From an uncultured Rhodospirillales bacterium (GTDB lineage Bacteria; Pseudomonadota; Alphaproteobacteria; RF32; CAG-239), in assembly GCA_902761715.1 (NCBI GenBank), contig CACWLK010000012.1:17389-81388 (forward strand): a DNA stretch of 64,000 bases, read 5' to 3'. Numbering within the stretch: position 1 is the first letter of the stretch; every line of letters starts with the position of its first letter. The notes under the pieces were generated by a model, which saw only the letters and a list, made by a program, of their open reading frames with translations, had not been told where the DNA came from and did not search any database. Shown in pieces: positions 19,781-30,171 of this stretch. A program made the translations under genes and the position numbers.

Positions 19781-19819
19781 AAAAAAACTGGGATTTTTTG
19801 AAAAATCCTAGTTTTTTTT
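19781..19819. terminator. Bidirectional terminator
   Basis: A7-CTGGGATTTTT/AAAAATCCTAG-T-run between convergent genes. Confidence 0.7.
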
Positions 19820-19834
19820 GTAAAATCTTAGTCG

Positions 19835-20194
19835 CTATGCGTTGGCCTTAAGGTAATAAGTCCGAACCCCGTCTTTCTTTTCGGAGGCGATGGTTGTCTT
19901 TGTCTTTTTGGCATACAGCGACATCGCACCGCGGATCGAGTTTTCTTTCCATCCGAGGGCTTCGGCCATCTCTTTTAAGGTAGCTCCTTCCGGGCGGCTG
20001 AGCATAACAACCATAAAGGCTGTTTTGTCGCGACCGTCAATCTTAACCGGTTGCGGCTGTGCGACCGTTGGCTCCGGCTCGGCTACCTTGGCCAGGGTTT
20101 CGGTCAGGATATTACCTAACTCTTTATCAGTAATACTGGAGGTTGATTTTTTAGTTGTAGTCTTAGCTACTGGTTTTTTCTTTTGTGTTGTCAT
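19835..20194 (-). CDS. DUF3489-like wHTH protein
   Basis: MLSRPEGATL..M...GW..NSIRGAMS...RTYY motif. Confidence 0.8.
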   Translation of the reverse strand: MTTQKKKPVAKTTTKKSTSSITDKELGNILTETLAKVAEPEPTVAQPQPVKIDGRDKTAFMVVMLSRPEGATLKEMAEALGWKENSIRGAMSLYAKKTKTTIASEKKDGVRTYYLKANA

Positions 20195-20284
20195 TTTTTT
20201 ATCCTTTCTATCTGGTTAACACAACACAATGAATGCTTGGAATAAAAGATTAGTCCAGTAAATAATGCAAGAAAGTGAAGAAAT

Positions 20285-20794
20285 ATGGCAAATAAAGTAT
20301 CAATGCGGGAATATGCGCGACTTAGGGGCGTAAATTTAAGCGCAGTTCAGAACGCAATCAAGTCCGGCCGCATTCATACCGAGCCTGATGGCAAAATAGA
20401 CGTGGAGGAAGCCAATCGGGACTGGTTCATCAATACCGACCAGTCAAAACAGCGTAAACCCGACCCGATATTTGAATCTCAGATTGAAAGCCGACCCAAT
20501 AACATGGGAACCTTTCAACAGGCCAAAACGGCCGATATTTATTACCGGGCCATGATCGCCAAGGCAAAACTTCGGGTTTTGAATGGCGAAGTCGTAGATA
20601 AAAAAAAAGCCGCACAGTACGCATACACATTGGGCCGCTCCATCAGAGATCTGATGTTGAGCTTTCCGGTGCGCTACGGTGCGATTATTGCTTCCGAGCT
20701 GAATACGGATGAACACACAACAACATTGATTTTGGAGAAATATATCAGTGAACTCCTTTCAAACAGCGAAGAACTCCTCAATCGAAACCTTTGA
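20285..20794 (+). CDS. Terminase small subunit (Nu1-like)
   Basis: N-terminal HTH SMREYAR.RGV..AV..AIKSGRI; precedes terL. Confidence 0.75.
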   Translation: MANKVSMREYARLRGVNLSAVQNAIKSGRIHTEPDGKIDVEEANRDWFINTDQSKQRKPDPIFESQIESRPNNMGTFQQAKTADIYYRAMIAKAKLRVLNGEVVDKKKAAQYAYTLGRSIRDLMLSFPVRYGAIIASELNTDEHTTTLILEKYISELLSNSEELLNRNL

Positions 20795-22688
20795 TTTGCA
20801 GGGTTTTATTGCATCAGAGATATTCCGGGGATTAGAACCGGACAGCTATATGTCGGTGTCGGACTGGGCTGATGCGTACCGGACCTTGTCGTCAAAGTCG
20901 GCCGCAGAACCCGGTCGCTGGCGTACCAAACGTACACCTTACCTGAAGGAGATAATGGACTGCCTGTCGCCAAGGTCGCCAATTCAAAAAGTCGTCTTTA
21001 TGAAAGGCGCACAGATCGGCGGCACCGAATGCGGCAATAACTGGATCGGTTACATCATTCACAAGGCTCCCGGTCCGATTATGGCTATCTCGCCGACTGT
21101 GGAAATGGCCAAGCGTAACTCGCGCCAGCGTATTGACCCGCTGATTGAGGACTGTCCGACACTTAAAAACCTGGTCAGTTCTGCCCGGTCACGCGATAAA
21201 GGAAACACGATGCTGTCAAAGGACTTCCAAGGCGGTGTGTTGGTGATGACCGGTGCGAATTCAGCCGTTGGGCTTCGTTCCATGCCGGCCCGATACCTGT
21301 TTATGGACGAGATTGACGGTTATCCGGCAGATATCGAGGGCGAAGGTGATCCAATCCTGCTGGCAGAGCGAAGAACAGCGACATTTAACACCAAGAAAAA
21401 GATATTCCTGGTTTCAACGCCGACAATAAAGGGAGTTTCGGCCATTGAGCGCGAGTTCTCGCACTCGGACCAAAGATTTTATAAACTTCCTTGCCCGTTC
21501 TGTGGCGGTTTTCAGGCCCTTAAATGGGAACAAATCCGGCCACAAGAAAACGGCGTTGTCTTTTATGAATGCGAGCATTGCCACAAGCTGATAGCGGAAC
21601 ATTATAAAACACAGATGCTTGAAGCCGGCCACTGGGAAGCAACATCGGAATCTATTGACGGCCTGACCGCAGGCTTTCATCTGTCCTCGCTTTACTCCCC
21701 GGTCGGGTGGCTGTCCTGGGCTGAATGCGTGCAAATTTACGAAAAAGCCAAGAAAGATGCCACGCTGATGCAAGGCTTCCGGAATACGATTTTAGGTGAA
21801 ACCTACGAGCAAGAAAGCGAGGCTCCGGAATGGCAACGGCTCTATGAAACTCGGGAAAATTACCCGATGGGTGTCGTGCCGCGCGATGGCTTATTCCTGA
21901 CCGCCGGTGTGGATATTCAAAAGAACCGTATTGAATGTGAGGTTGTTGCTTGGGGGCGGCAAAAACAAAGCTGGTCCGTTGACTATTATGTATTAGACGG
22001 CGACACCGCTAAGCCCGAGGTTTGGAGTAAACTCGCCGATGTGGTCAATAAGGACTACCCACACGAAAGCGGGATCACAATGCCGATCCGGGTGATGTGC
22101 GTTGACTCCGGTTATGCCACGCAGGACGTTTACACCTTTGTCCGCCAGTTTAACCAGGCTGTTTGGGGTGGTAACGGTGCCAGGGCCAATGCGCCAAGGA
22201 CTGTTGTTGCCATCAAAGGTCAAAGCCGCGATACAGCGATGATCCTCTCAACCTCTAAGGCTGATACGAAAAAGAAAGGCCTGAAGGTGTGGAACGTGTC
22301 CGGTCCGGTGATTAAAACAGAGCTTTACCGGTGGCTAAAGATGGAACGTGTGGGCGAAGATGCCTCTCAGTTTGGCCGCTGTTACTTCCCGGCTTATGCA
22401 GAGGAGTATTTCAAACAGCTGACGGCTGAACGTCAGGTGGTTAAGGTCAGCAACGGTTATCCAAAGTCAGTTTGGGAAAAAGACCCGACCCGGAGAAACG
22501 AAGCGTTGGACTGCCGCGTGTATGCGCGTGCCGGTGCGGCGATTTATGGACTTGACCGGATATCTGAGCGCGGCTGGCAAGAGCTTGAATCGGCTATTCC
22601 AACCAAAACAACCGAAAAGGTAAAGATTAAAAAGCAACCGAAATTTGTTCAAATTCAACCAACAAAGGTAAATGACCCATGGCTATAA
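20748..22688 (+). CDS. Terminase large subunit (gpA family)
   Basis: KGAQIGGTE, DEIDGY, STPT, GVDIQ, VDSGY, RNEALDC motifs. Confidence 0.95.
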   Translation: MNSFQTAKNSSIETFDLQGFIASEIFRGLEPDSYMSVSDWADAYRTLSSKSAAEPGRWRTKRTPYLKEIMDCLSPRSPIQKVVFMKGAQIGGTECGNNWIGYIIHKAPGPIMAISPTVEMAKRNSRQRIDPLIEDCPTLKNLVSSARSRDKGNTMLSKDFQGGVLVMTGANSAVGLRSMPARYLFMDEIDGYPADIEGEGDPILLAERRTATFNTKKKIFLVSTPTIKGVSAIEREFSHSDQRFYKLPCPFCGGFQALKWEQIRPQENGVVFYECEHCHKLIAEHYKTQMLEAGHWEATSESIDGLTAGFHLSSLYSPVGWLSWAECVQIYEKAKKDATLMQGFRNTILGETYEQESEAPEWQRLYETRENYPMGVVPRDGLFLTAGVDIQKNRIECEVVAWGRQKQSWSVDYYVLDGDTAKPEVWSKLADVVNKDYPHESGITMPIRVMCVDSGYATQDVYTFVRQFNQAVWGGNGARANAPRTVVAIKGQSRDTAMILSTSKADTKKKGLKVWNVSGPVIKTELYRWLKMERVGEDASQFGRCYFPAYAEEYFKQLTAERQVVKVSNGYPKSVWEKDPTRRNEALDCRVYARAGAAIYGLDRISERGWQELESAIPTKTTEKVKIKKQPKFVQIQPTKVNDPWL

Positions 22689-22915
22689 ATGTAGAAATTT
22701 TGAAAACAAGGCTGGCTGAGGCTGAGGAAGCCTACCATAAATTGATGATCGGCGAAAAGGAAGTCTCGGTCAGCGTTGGCAACTTTGGCACAACAACCTA
22801 TAATCAAGCGAGCCGGACAGCTCTTGAAAGCTACATCAGCTCTCTTAAATCACAAATTGCCGCGGCTGAAGGAACACCAACCTGCCGCCGCCGGATTATG
22901 AAAGTGAGTTTTTGA
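22679..22915 (+). CDS. Head-tail joining protein gpW
   Basis: Size and position; AYHKLMIG...L.SYI..LK. Confidence 0.75.
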   Translation: MAINVEILKTRLAEAEEAYHKLMIGEKEVSVSVGNFGTTTYNQASRTALESYISSLKSQIAAAEGTPTCRRRIMKVSF

Positions 22916-22916
22916 C

Positions 22917-23216
22917 TTATTTTGGGAATTTAATGGTTATGCTATCCTCTCCGTTAATCTCGACTTCTCGAGTCACTGCGACACTCTCTTGTCCAAATAC
23001 AATTTTAATTTTTCCTTTTTTAGAGGCTAACTCTAGATCAAAAATTCTTTCATTGGGATTTGGATGAAAAACTCCTTTGCCTCGTTCATTGGCATTACAC
23101 AAAATATCCTTTTGTGATGACAAAATTCTTAATCCAGTATTATTTGAAAAGTCCCCGGAATTGAGTATGTCAGCAACAAAGTCCTCTAATTGAATAGTCA
23201 GTACTACTTTATGCAT
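22917..23216 (-). CDS. Hypothetical moron gene
   Basis: AT-rich, antisense to the head operon, GAGG RBS. Confidence 0.6.
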   Translation of the reverse strand: MHKVVLTIQLEDFVADILNSGDFSNNTGLRILSSQKDILCNANERGKGVFHPNPNERIFDLELASKKGKIKIVFGQESVAVTREVEINGEDSITIKFPK

Positions 23217-23274
23217 AAAAACCTCTCTTCAAGTCTATTTTATACCATTCACACAATTTAATCAAGGAAAATCA

Positions 23275-24783
23275 ATGACAGATACATCACACAAAGCAGC
23301 TTCGCAAACTTTGCGAGAAATTGCCTCATGGCTTCCGGGCCGCGGTTCTGCCGACAGCGATTTGTTGCCGGAATTGGACACGATTGTTGCCCGGTCGCGT
23401 GACTTAACGCGAAATCATGGAATTGCCGCCGGTGCAATGCAGACCTTGTCCGATAACATTGTCGGTACCGGGTTTCGTTTATCGGCCAAGCCGGACTATA
23501 AGGCACTCGGCAAAACCAAGGAATGGGAAGAAGAATGGCAAGCACATGTTGAAAGTTTATGGCGATCCTGGTCCGAAACTTTTGAATGTGATGCGGCCAA
23601 GTCCTTAACTTTCCATGGCCTGACGACACAAGTTTTCAAGTCTTGCCTGATCAACGGCGAGGCTTTGGCTATTCCGCTATGGCTGAAAGACCGGAAGTTT
23701 TCTACCGCAATTCAGTTGGTAGAGCCCGACCGGTTGTCTAATCCAAACGGCCAAACGGATAGCAAAACCCTCCGCGGTGGTATTGAAATAGATAAATATG
23801 GCGCACCAGTTGCCTACTATATTCAAAAAGACCACCCAGGCGACTTTTGGACAGGAACTGCGTCTTGGGAGCGTATTCCGGCATTTACTTCATTTGGCCG
23901 GAGACGAGTTCTACACGTTCACGATATCAGCCGTATCGGCCAATCTCGTGGAAAGCCTGTCCTCAGTTCCATAATGCCGATGTTCAAAATGTTGGACCAT
24001 TACGAACGATCAGAGCTTCAGGCCGCGATCGTCAACGCAATGATTGCCGCATTTATTGAAACTCCGATGGATGGCGAAAGCCTGAACGAACTGTTCGGCG
24101 GCTCAAGTGATGATTACCTGTCTGCGAAAAAGGATTGGCAGGTTAAACTTGAAGGTGGCTCTATCATCCCTGTTTTTCCTGGTGATAAAGTCGCGCCATT
24201 CACACCATCACGACCGAACTCGGCTTATGGAGCTTTCGTTGAAAACTTGCTCCGACACATCGGAACCGGCCTCAACATTCCATACGAATTGCTCTTGAAA
24301 GACTTTTCAAAGACCAATTATTCGTCAGCCCGGTCCGCATTGTTGGAAGCCTGGCGATACTTTAACGGCCGCCGGCAATGGCTTTCCACTTACTGGGCTA
24401 CGCCGGTTTATGAGCTATGGCTGGAAGAAGCCGTCAATAAAGGCTTGGTTGATGCACCGGACTTCTACGAGAACCGCTACGCTTACACAAGATGTAAATG
24501 GATCGGTCCGGGTCGCGGCTGGGTTGACCCGGTCAAAGAAGCTCAGGCCTGCCAAATCCGAATGGACATCGGGCTTTCTACATTAGAGGCCGAATGCGCT
24601 GGTCAAGGCTTGGACTGGGAAGAAGTTTTGGAACAACGGGCGAGAGAAAAAGCCAAACTCGCCGAATTAGGTTTAACAACAGGAGATAATAATGAAACTC
24701 ATGCAAAAAACAGTGTGGGCAATAACGCCCGAGATGCTTTCGACAATGATAGCGATAGCGCACCAAACGAACCGAACACCTGA
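23275..24783 (+). CDS. Portal protein, lambda family
   Basis: RSRDLTRN, GQSRG.P, NYSSARSAL, WVDPVKE motifs. Confidence 0.95.
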   Translation: MTDTSHKAASQTLREIASWLPGRGSADSDLLPELDTIVARSRDLTRNHGIAAGAMQTLSDNIVGTGFRLSAKPDYKALGKTKEWEEEWQAHVESLWRSWSETFECDAAKSLTFHGLTTQVFKSCLINGEALAIPLWLKDRKFSTAIQLVEPDRLSNPNGQTDSKTLRGGIEIDKYGAPVAYYIQKDHPGDFWTGTASWERIPAFTSFGRRRVLHVHDISRIGQSRGKPVLSSIMPMFKMLDHYERSELQAAIVNAMIAAFIETPMDGESLNELFGGSSDDYLSAKKDWQVKLEGGSIIPVFPGDKVAPFTPSRPNSAYGAFVENLLRHIGTGLNIPYELLLKDFSKTNYSSARSALLEAWRYFNGRRQWLSTYWATPVYELWLEEAVNKGLVDAPDFYENRYAYTRCKWIGPGRGWVDPVKEAQACQIRMDIGLSTLEAECAGQGLDWEEVLEQRAREKAKLAELGLTTGDNNETHAKNSVGNNARDAFDNDSDSAPNEPNT

Positions 24784-25804
24784 GGCCATTGCCAAAGAAA
24801 TGGGCCGCGATATGAAAAACACCTACGCCGTCTCCACCCGAGGCGGCGTTGCTGTTATTCCGGTAACCGGTCCGCTTTTCAGACACGCCAACCTTTTGAC
24901 AGCGATCTGTGGCGCGACATCTTACGAACTATTGGCGCAGGACTTTAACAAAGCCCTGAACGACCCGAACATATCAGCTATTTTGTTTGATGTGGACAGT
25001 CCGGGCGGCGAAGTCAACGGCTGTTCGGAACTGGCCGATATGATTTACAACGCCCGAGGTAAAAAGCCGATTATCGCTTATGCCTCCGGTTCTTGTTGTT
25101 CTGGTGCTTACTGGATTGCTTCGGCCTGCGACAAGATTATGGCGGCCGATACCGCAATCCTCGGTTCTATCGGGGTGGTGTCCATCTTTGAAAAAGAGGG
25201 CGAGAAAAAGACCATTGAAATTGTTTCCTCGCAGAGCCCGAACAAGCGGCCTGATGTGGAAACAGAAGAAGGAAAAGCCAAAATCCAAGAGCACATTGAT
25301 GCCTTGGCCGAGGTTTTTATCAATAAAGTTGCACTTCACAGGGATATATCGCCGAAAGATGTCATCGAAAACTTCGGTGGCGGTGATGTCTTTGTGGGGG
25401 ACAAAGCTGTTCGGATCGGTCTGGCGGACAGTTTGGCTTCATTTGAAGCTATCATCTCAGACCTTAACATTAATTCAACGGAGAAATCATTCATGAATGA
25501 AAACTTAGAAAAGCCAGCCGTTGACATCAAAGCTATGGAACGCGAGCGCATGTCTCAAGTTCTTTCGGCTGAAGGTGTTAAGGGCAAAGAAGCAACCGCT
25601 CAAGCGTTGCTCGCAAAAACCGATCTGTCTGCAACAGACATTTTGGCCATCTTAGAAACAGTGCCGTCAGCCAAACAAAGCAATGCTTTTGAACAGGCAA
25701 TGGCACAAATCAAAAATCCGGCGATCACACCATCTGCCGAAGATAACGAAGAAACACCTGAAGACGTTGCTGACCGCATCGCTTCATACACAATTGGAGG
25801 TTAA
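24692..25804 (+). CDS. S49 prohead protease/scaffold (gpC-like)
   Basis: DSPGG, SGAYWIAS, GSIGV motifs. Confidence 0.9.
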   Translation: MKLMQKTVWAITPEMLSTMIAIAHQTNRTPEAIAKEMGRDMKNTYAVSTRGGVAVIPVTGPLFRHANLLTAICGATSYELLAQDFNKALNDPNISAILFDVDSPGGEVNGCSELADMIYNARGKKPIIAYASGSCCSGAYWIASACDKIMAADTAILGSIGVVSIFEKEGEKKTIEIVSSQSPNKRPDVETEEGKAKIQEHIDALAEVFINKVALHRDISPKDVIENFGGGDVFVGDKAVRIGLADSLASFEAIISDLNINSTEKSFMNENLEKPAVDIKAMERERMSQVLSAEGVKGKEATAQALLAKTDLSATDILAILETVPSAKQSNAFEQAMAQIKNPAITPSAEDNEETPEDVADRIASYTIGG

Positions 25805-25807
25805 AAT

Positions 25808-26158
25808 ATGACTGTACAAGGATTTACGGATCAAGGATCCACAACCGCTGACAACTTGATTGCCGGCGAATTCCCTCGTGTCTCTGAACTCGCAACCATT
25901 ACGGGTGGTAATTATGCCCGCGGAACGGTCTTAAAGGATTCAAGCGGAAGTCTTACCATTTGTGGTACATCTGACACACCTGAAGCCATTTTGGCTGAGG
26001 CTGTTGATGCCACAAGTGAAGATAAACAAGCCGTTGTTTATTTGACCGGCGAGTTTAACTCTGCGGCTCTGACTGTGGCAAGCGGTTCAACCGTTGCAGG
26101 CTTAAAAGCCAAGCTCAGAGCAAAAAGCATTTTCGTAAAAACAAATCAAGCATACTGA
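25808..26158 (+). CDS. Head decoration protein (gpD)
   Basis: Position; RGTVL, AILAE, Y.TGEFN motifs. Confidence 0.85.
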   Translation: MTVQGFTDQGSTTADNLIAGEFPRVSELATITGGNYARGTVLKDSSGSLTICGTSDTPEAILAEAVDATSEDKQAVVYLTGEFNSAALTVASGSTVAGLKAKLRAKSIFVKTNQAY

Positions 26159-26170
26159 AAGGAATAAATA

Positions 26171-27199
26171 ATGGATATTTTTTCAACACAAGTGCTCGCA
26201 AAAGTCGTTGAACGTTTACACACGCCTTCGTCTTTCTTGCTCGACACCTTCTTCCCGAATGTGCAAACTTCGGATAAAGAAGAGATCTTTTTTGATGTAA
26301 CGGACAGCAAGCCGCGCATCTCTCCGTTTGTTTCTCCACTTCTTCCCGGCAAAGTCGTTGATAGCGGTGGTTATCAGACCAAATCATTCAAGCCGGCTTA
26401 TGTGAAAGACAAACGTCGCTTTGATGCAAACATTCCGTATAAACGCGTTGCCGGTGAGATTATCGGCGGCTCTCTGTCTCCATCTCAACGCTATGAACGC
26501 GCTTTGGCCACAACTTTGACCGACCAGTTGGAAAATCTGACCCGTCGTGAAGAAGTCATGGCGGCCGAAATCTTAAGAACCGGACAAGTTGTTGTTTCCG
26601 GCGATGGTTATCCATCTACAACGGTGAACTTCGGACGTGATGCGGCTTTGACAAAGGCCTTAACCGGTTCTGCCACATGGGAAACTGCGGCTGTTAACCC
26701 GATTGAGGACTTGGAGGACTGGGCAGATTTGGTTCAAACAAAGTCCGGTATGATCGCAAAAACGGTCATCATGGATCCTGAAGCATGGAAAATCTTCCGT
26801 TCAAAAGATGATGTGAAGAAGTTCTTGGATTACCGCAGAGGCACCAACAACACTTTGAATGTTGACCCGATCATTCGTGGTGAAAACTCCAAAGTGCGCT
26901 ACGTTGGCTCTATCGGTGACTTTGATATCTATGTTTACAATGACATTTATATCAATGATGCCGGTGTTGAAAGCAAACTCTTGCCGGCCAAAACCGTCAT
27001 CATGGGAGCCAAAGACGGACTGGAAGGCACACGTTGCTATGGGGCCATTCATGACGAAAAGGCAAACTGGACAGCCCACAGATATTTCACGAAGTCTTGG
27101 GTTGAGGAAGATCCATCGGTTCGCTGGTTGCTGTTGCAATCTGCGCCTTTGGTCGTTCCTTACCGTCCGAATGCTTCATTCTGTGCAACCATTGGCTAG
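26171..27199 (+). CDS. Major capsid protein (gpE family)
   Basis: PFVSP, FKPAYVKDK, RREE.MAA, QSAPL.VP motifs. Confidence 0.93.
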   Translation: MDIFSTQVLAKVVERLHTPSSFLLDTFFPNVQTSDKEEIFFDVTDSKPRISPFVSPLLPGKVVDSGGYQTKSFKPAYVKDKRRFDANIPYKRVAGEIIGGSLSPSQRYERALATTLTDQLENLTRREEVMAAEILRTGQVVVSGDGYPSTTVNFGRDAALTKALTGSATWETAAVNPIEDLEDWADLVQTKSGMIAKTVIMDPEAWKIFRSKDDVKKFLDYRRGTNNTLNVDPIIRGENSKVRYVGSIGDFDIYVYNDIYINDAGVESKLLPAKTVIMGAKDGLEGTRCYGAIHDEKANWTAHRYFTKSWVEEDPSVRWLLLQSAPLVVPYRPNASFCATIG

Positions 27200-27208
27200 G
27201 AGGTATAA

Positions 27209-27445
27209 ATGCGTATTAAGGCTTTGATTACGTTAGTTGTGTCTGCCGGCAAAGAAATCGCACCCGGTAAGGAGTATGATTTAAACGAAGCAGATGCAAA
27301 AAGTCTGATTGAACGCGGCTTTGCGGTGGTTGTTAAAGGTGGCCAAAAACCGGCAACTCAGCAACAACCGCCACAGAAACCTAATGAAACAGGAGGTAAA
27401 GATGACCCTTCCTCTCAAAAAGGCGGTGGACAGCCTGTTCAATAG
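27209..27445 (+). CDS. Small head-associated protein (FI-like)
   Basis: Position after the capsid gene; A..LIERGFA. Confidence 0.55.
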   Translation: MRIKALITLVVSAGKEIAPGKEYDLNEADAKSLIERGFAVVVKGGQKPATQQQPPQKPNETGGKDDPSSQKGGGQPVQ

Positions 27446-27695
27446 ATGCGGAACGACCGGGACATATCAAGGACGTGAAGTCCTTTTTTTGTTGACCGAA
27501 CCGGACGAAGTTGTCGGTGTGGGCTTTGTTAACGCTCACACCGATACGCATTTAATGAGGATCCGGCTTTCTGATGCGCCCGATTTAGCTGTCGGGGACA
27601 CGATAGAAACAGATACGGCAACCTATCGGGTGCATACGGAACCGGTCAAAGATATTCATAACTTGGTATGGAGTGTTGATGTGCTATGCAATTAA
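27402..27695 (+). CDS. Head-tail joining protein
   Basis: Position and size; GGAGG RBS. Confidence 0.65.
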   Translation: MTLPLKKAVDSLFNRCGTTGTYQGREVLFLLTEPDEVVGVGFVNAHTDTHLMRIRLSDAPDLAVGDTIETDTATYRVHTEPVKDIHNLVWSVDVLCN

Positions 27696-28261
27696 AACTT
27701 GCATTACAGGGAAAACTGTCTGATGTCATGGAAAAGCACTACACAGATGGTGCAAAGGCTGTGACCTTGGGAATTACGGCGGCAACAAACGGATTAAAGT
27801 CATCTTTACGTGAACAAGTTCGTTCTGCCGGCATGAGTTCTCGCATGGCCAACACATGGCGCGGTGTCGTCTATCCGAAAGGGAAAACGAGTATCAGCGC
27901 GGCCGGACAGGTTTATTCTAATGCCGAAAAGATAATGCTTGGCTTTGAATACGGCAGTATTATCCGCGGCAAGAACGGTCTGTGGCTGGCCATTCCGACA
28001 GATGCCATTCCGAAAAAAGCACGCGGCAAGCGTATGACACCGGGTCTTTATGAACAGATGAAAGGCGTGCGGTTACAATTTGTGTACCGCCGCAACGCCT
28101 GTTCGTTACTGGTGCATACCAAAAAGAAAAAGACGGTCATCGCCTTTATCTTGGTGCCGCAGGTCAAAATGCCGAAATTGATTAACTTTGCAACCGAAAG
28201 CGAGCGTTGGCAAGAAAAAGTGCCGAGCTTGATTTTAGAAAACTGGAGCGAAGATGAGTAA
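27686..28261 (+). CDS. Neck/tail completion protein (DUF6441-like)
   Basis: WLAIPT, FILVPQVKMPK motifs; position. Confidence 0.65.
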   Translation: MQLKLALQGKLSDVMEKHYTDGAKAVTLGITAATNGLKSSLREQVRSAGMSSRMANTWRGVVYPKGKTSISAAGQVYSNAEKIMLGFEYGSIIRGKNGLWLAIPTDAIPKKARGKRMTPGLYEQMKGVRLQFVYRRNACSLLVHTKKKKTVIAFILVPQVKMPKLINFATESERWQEKVPSLILENWSEDE

Positions 28262-28679
28262 AAGAGAAATCGTATTAAACGCTTTATTTGAAAGACTTTC
28301 TACACTTGATGTAACCGTTAAACGAAACGACCTTCTGCCACAGAAAATTCCTGATGGCGGTTTGGTTATTTTGCGCGATGGTAATGTCGGTGAGCCTGAG
28401 ATTTTATTATCCCCGGCTTGCTACATTTTCACACATCGGGCCGAATTGGAAGTCATTGTTCAAAAAGAAACACCGGCCGAGCGCGATCAGGCCTTGGACG
28501 GATTGTTGGTTCAAATCGGTGAGCTTTTACAAGAAGATCCTCGCCTGGGCGGTGAAGTTGATTATATGCACGCTGATCCACCCGAGTTTGTGGAAGAACC
28601 GGTCGAAGGTGGCGTAACCATCAAAGGCGCAATCGTTCCCATCGTTTTAGAATATACCTCAATTTCAAACTTAATTTAA
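28254..28679 (+). CDS. Tail terminator-like protein
   Basis: LRDG..GEPE..LSP..Y...HRAELEV; position before the tail tube. Confidence 0.65.
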   Translation: MSKREIVLNALFERLSTLDVTVKRNDLLPQKIPDGGLVILRDGNVGEPEILLSPACYIFTHRAELEVIVQKETPAERDQALDGLLVQIGELLQEDPRLGGEVDYMHADPPEFVEEPVEGGVTIKGAIVPIVLEYTSISNLI

Positions 28680-28693
28680 CAAAGGAGACAATT

Positions 28694-29635
28694 ATGTCAC
28701 GAGCATATGGCTGGAATGCCAAATTACTTATTGCTGAAGAAAGCACCTACGGCACTCTTTCTTCGGGACCTTATACCCAAGTGCCGTTTGCATCAAGCGC
28801 AATTGACAGCGAACAAGGGTTGATTTCTTCAAACGTTTTGGGACTTGGCCGCGACCCGACCACTCCGTTCCAAGATGTGATCAATGTTGAAGGTGACCTG
28901 GCTGTTCCGGTTGACCTTAGGAACATCGGAATTTGGCTGAAAGCTGTCTTTGGCACACCAACAACATCTGTAGAAAATAGTGTTTATACCCACACATATG
29001 AGAGCGGAAAGACCTCTTTGCCGAGCTATTCTTTGGAATTAGGCTTGGCTGAAGTTCCGGAATATATCCGTTTCCTGGGAGCGCGAGCAAACTCTATCGC
29101 TTTTAACTTCGCCCGTTCAGGTGAAGCTCAGGCTACAGTTTCGTTAATGGCCCAAAGTGAAACAGCCGCGAATACATCAATATCCGTTGCCCCTGTGGTA
29201 AAAAACTACACACGCTTTTCACAGTTCCAAGGCTTTATTAAATCAGGCGGACAAACATTGGCCAATGTGACCAGTGCTTCGGTTACCTACTCAAATAACC
29301 TTGAAAAGATTGAGACGATCCGAAGCGATGGTAAAGTAGAAGCCATTGACCTTGGGGTCGCTTCCTTGTCCGGTTCGATCGCAGTCCGTTATGGTGACAA
29401 TACTCTGATGGACAAGGCGCGTGCCGGTATTCCTGTGGACTTAGAGCTTGGTTATCAGCTCTCTGAAAGCCAAAAACTGGTCATCACATGTCATGAAGTC
29501 TATTTGCCTAAACCGAAACGTTCTATTTCGGGTCCGGGCGGCATTGAGTGCTCTTATGATTTCCAAGGCGCAAAGAATGCAAGTCTTGGCAAAATGGTAA
29601 CCGTTCAATTGATTAACGATGTGGAGGAATACTAA
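28694..29635 (+). CDS. Major tail tube protein
   Basis: RAYG.NA, LG.GRDP, LPSYSLE, ISGPGGIE motifs. Confidence 0.85.
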   Translation: MSRAYGWNAKLLIAEESTYGTLSSGPYTQVPFASSAIDSEQGLISSNVLGLGRDPTTPFQDVINVEGDLAVPVDLRNIGIWLKAVFGTPTTSVENSVYTHTYESGKTSLPSYSLELGLAEVPEYIRFLGARANSIAFNFARSGEAQATVSLMAQSETAANTSISVAPVVKNYTRFSQFQGFIKSGGQTLANVTSASVTYSNNLEKIETIRSDGKVEAIDLGVASLSGSIAVRYGDNTLMDKARAGIPVDLELGYQLSESQKLVITCHEVYLPKPKRSISGPGGIECSYDFQGAKNASLGKMVTVQLINDVEEY

Positions 29636-30171
29636 TGTTAAAGTTAAAGTTTAAGAACGAGCCTTATTGGCTGGACTTGGGAATGGGTGTCAGGGTCAAA
29701 GTAAAACCCTGTACATCTTCGGTCTTTTATGAGGCAAAAGCCTTTATGAATTCAAAGGTTGCCGAGGTCGCAAAACGCTTAAAAGACGTGCGCGAAAACG
29801 GAGCCAAAGATAAAGATTTGCCTGATTTAGAGGACATTACAAAACGTGAGGCCTATGCAGATCAACAATTGATTTTAGGTCTTGCGCTGGCGGGCATTAT
29901 TGAATGGGACGGCATTTTAGAAGCCGAAACAGATGAAAAAGCACCACTGACACCGGTCAAAATCGAGGAACTCTTCACGAACTTTTGGAGTATTGCCGAA
30001 ACATTCAGACAGCAGTATTGCGGCATTCAAGAAATACTTGAGGCCGAAAAAAACGCATATACGCCCGAGCAAAATGGCACTTCGGCTCCGGGCGGAACTA
30101 CTGCCAAGGGTGCGGCGAAGAAGGAATCAACTGTCCCCTCTACAGATGCCGATACGTCGAAACAGCCTTAA
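29635..30171 (+). CDS. Tail assembly chaperone gpG
   Basis: Position between tube and tape measure; contains the slippery heptamer. Confidence 0.75.
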   Translation: MLKLKFKNEPYWLDLGMGVRVKVKPCTSSVFYEAKAFMNSKVAEVAKRLKDVRENGAKDKDLPDLEDITKREAYADQQLILGLALAGIIEWDGILEAETDEKAPLTPVKIEELFTNFWSIAETFRQQYCGIQEILEAEKNAYTPEQNGTSAPGGTTAKGAAKKESTVPSTDADTSKQP

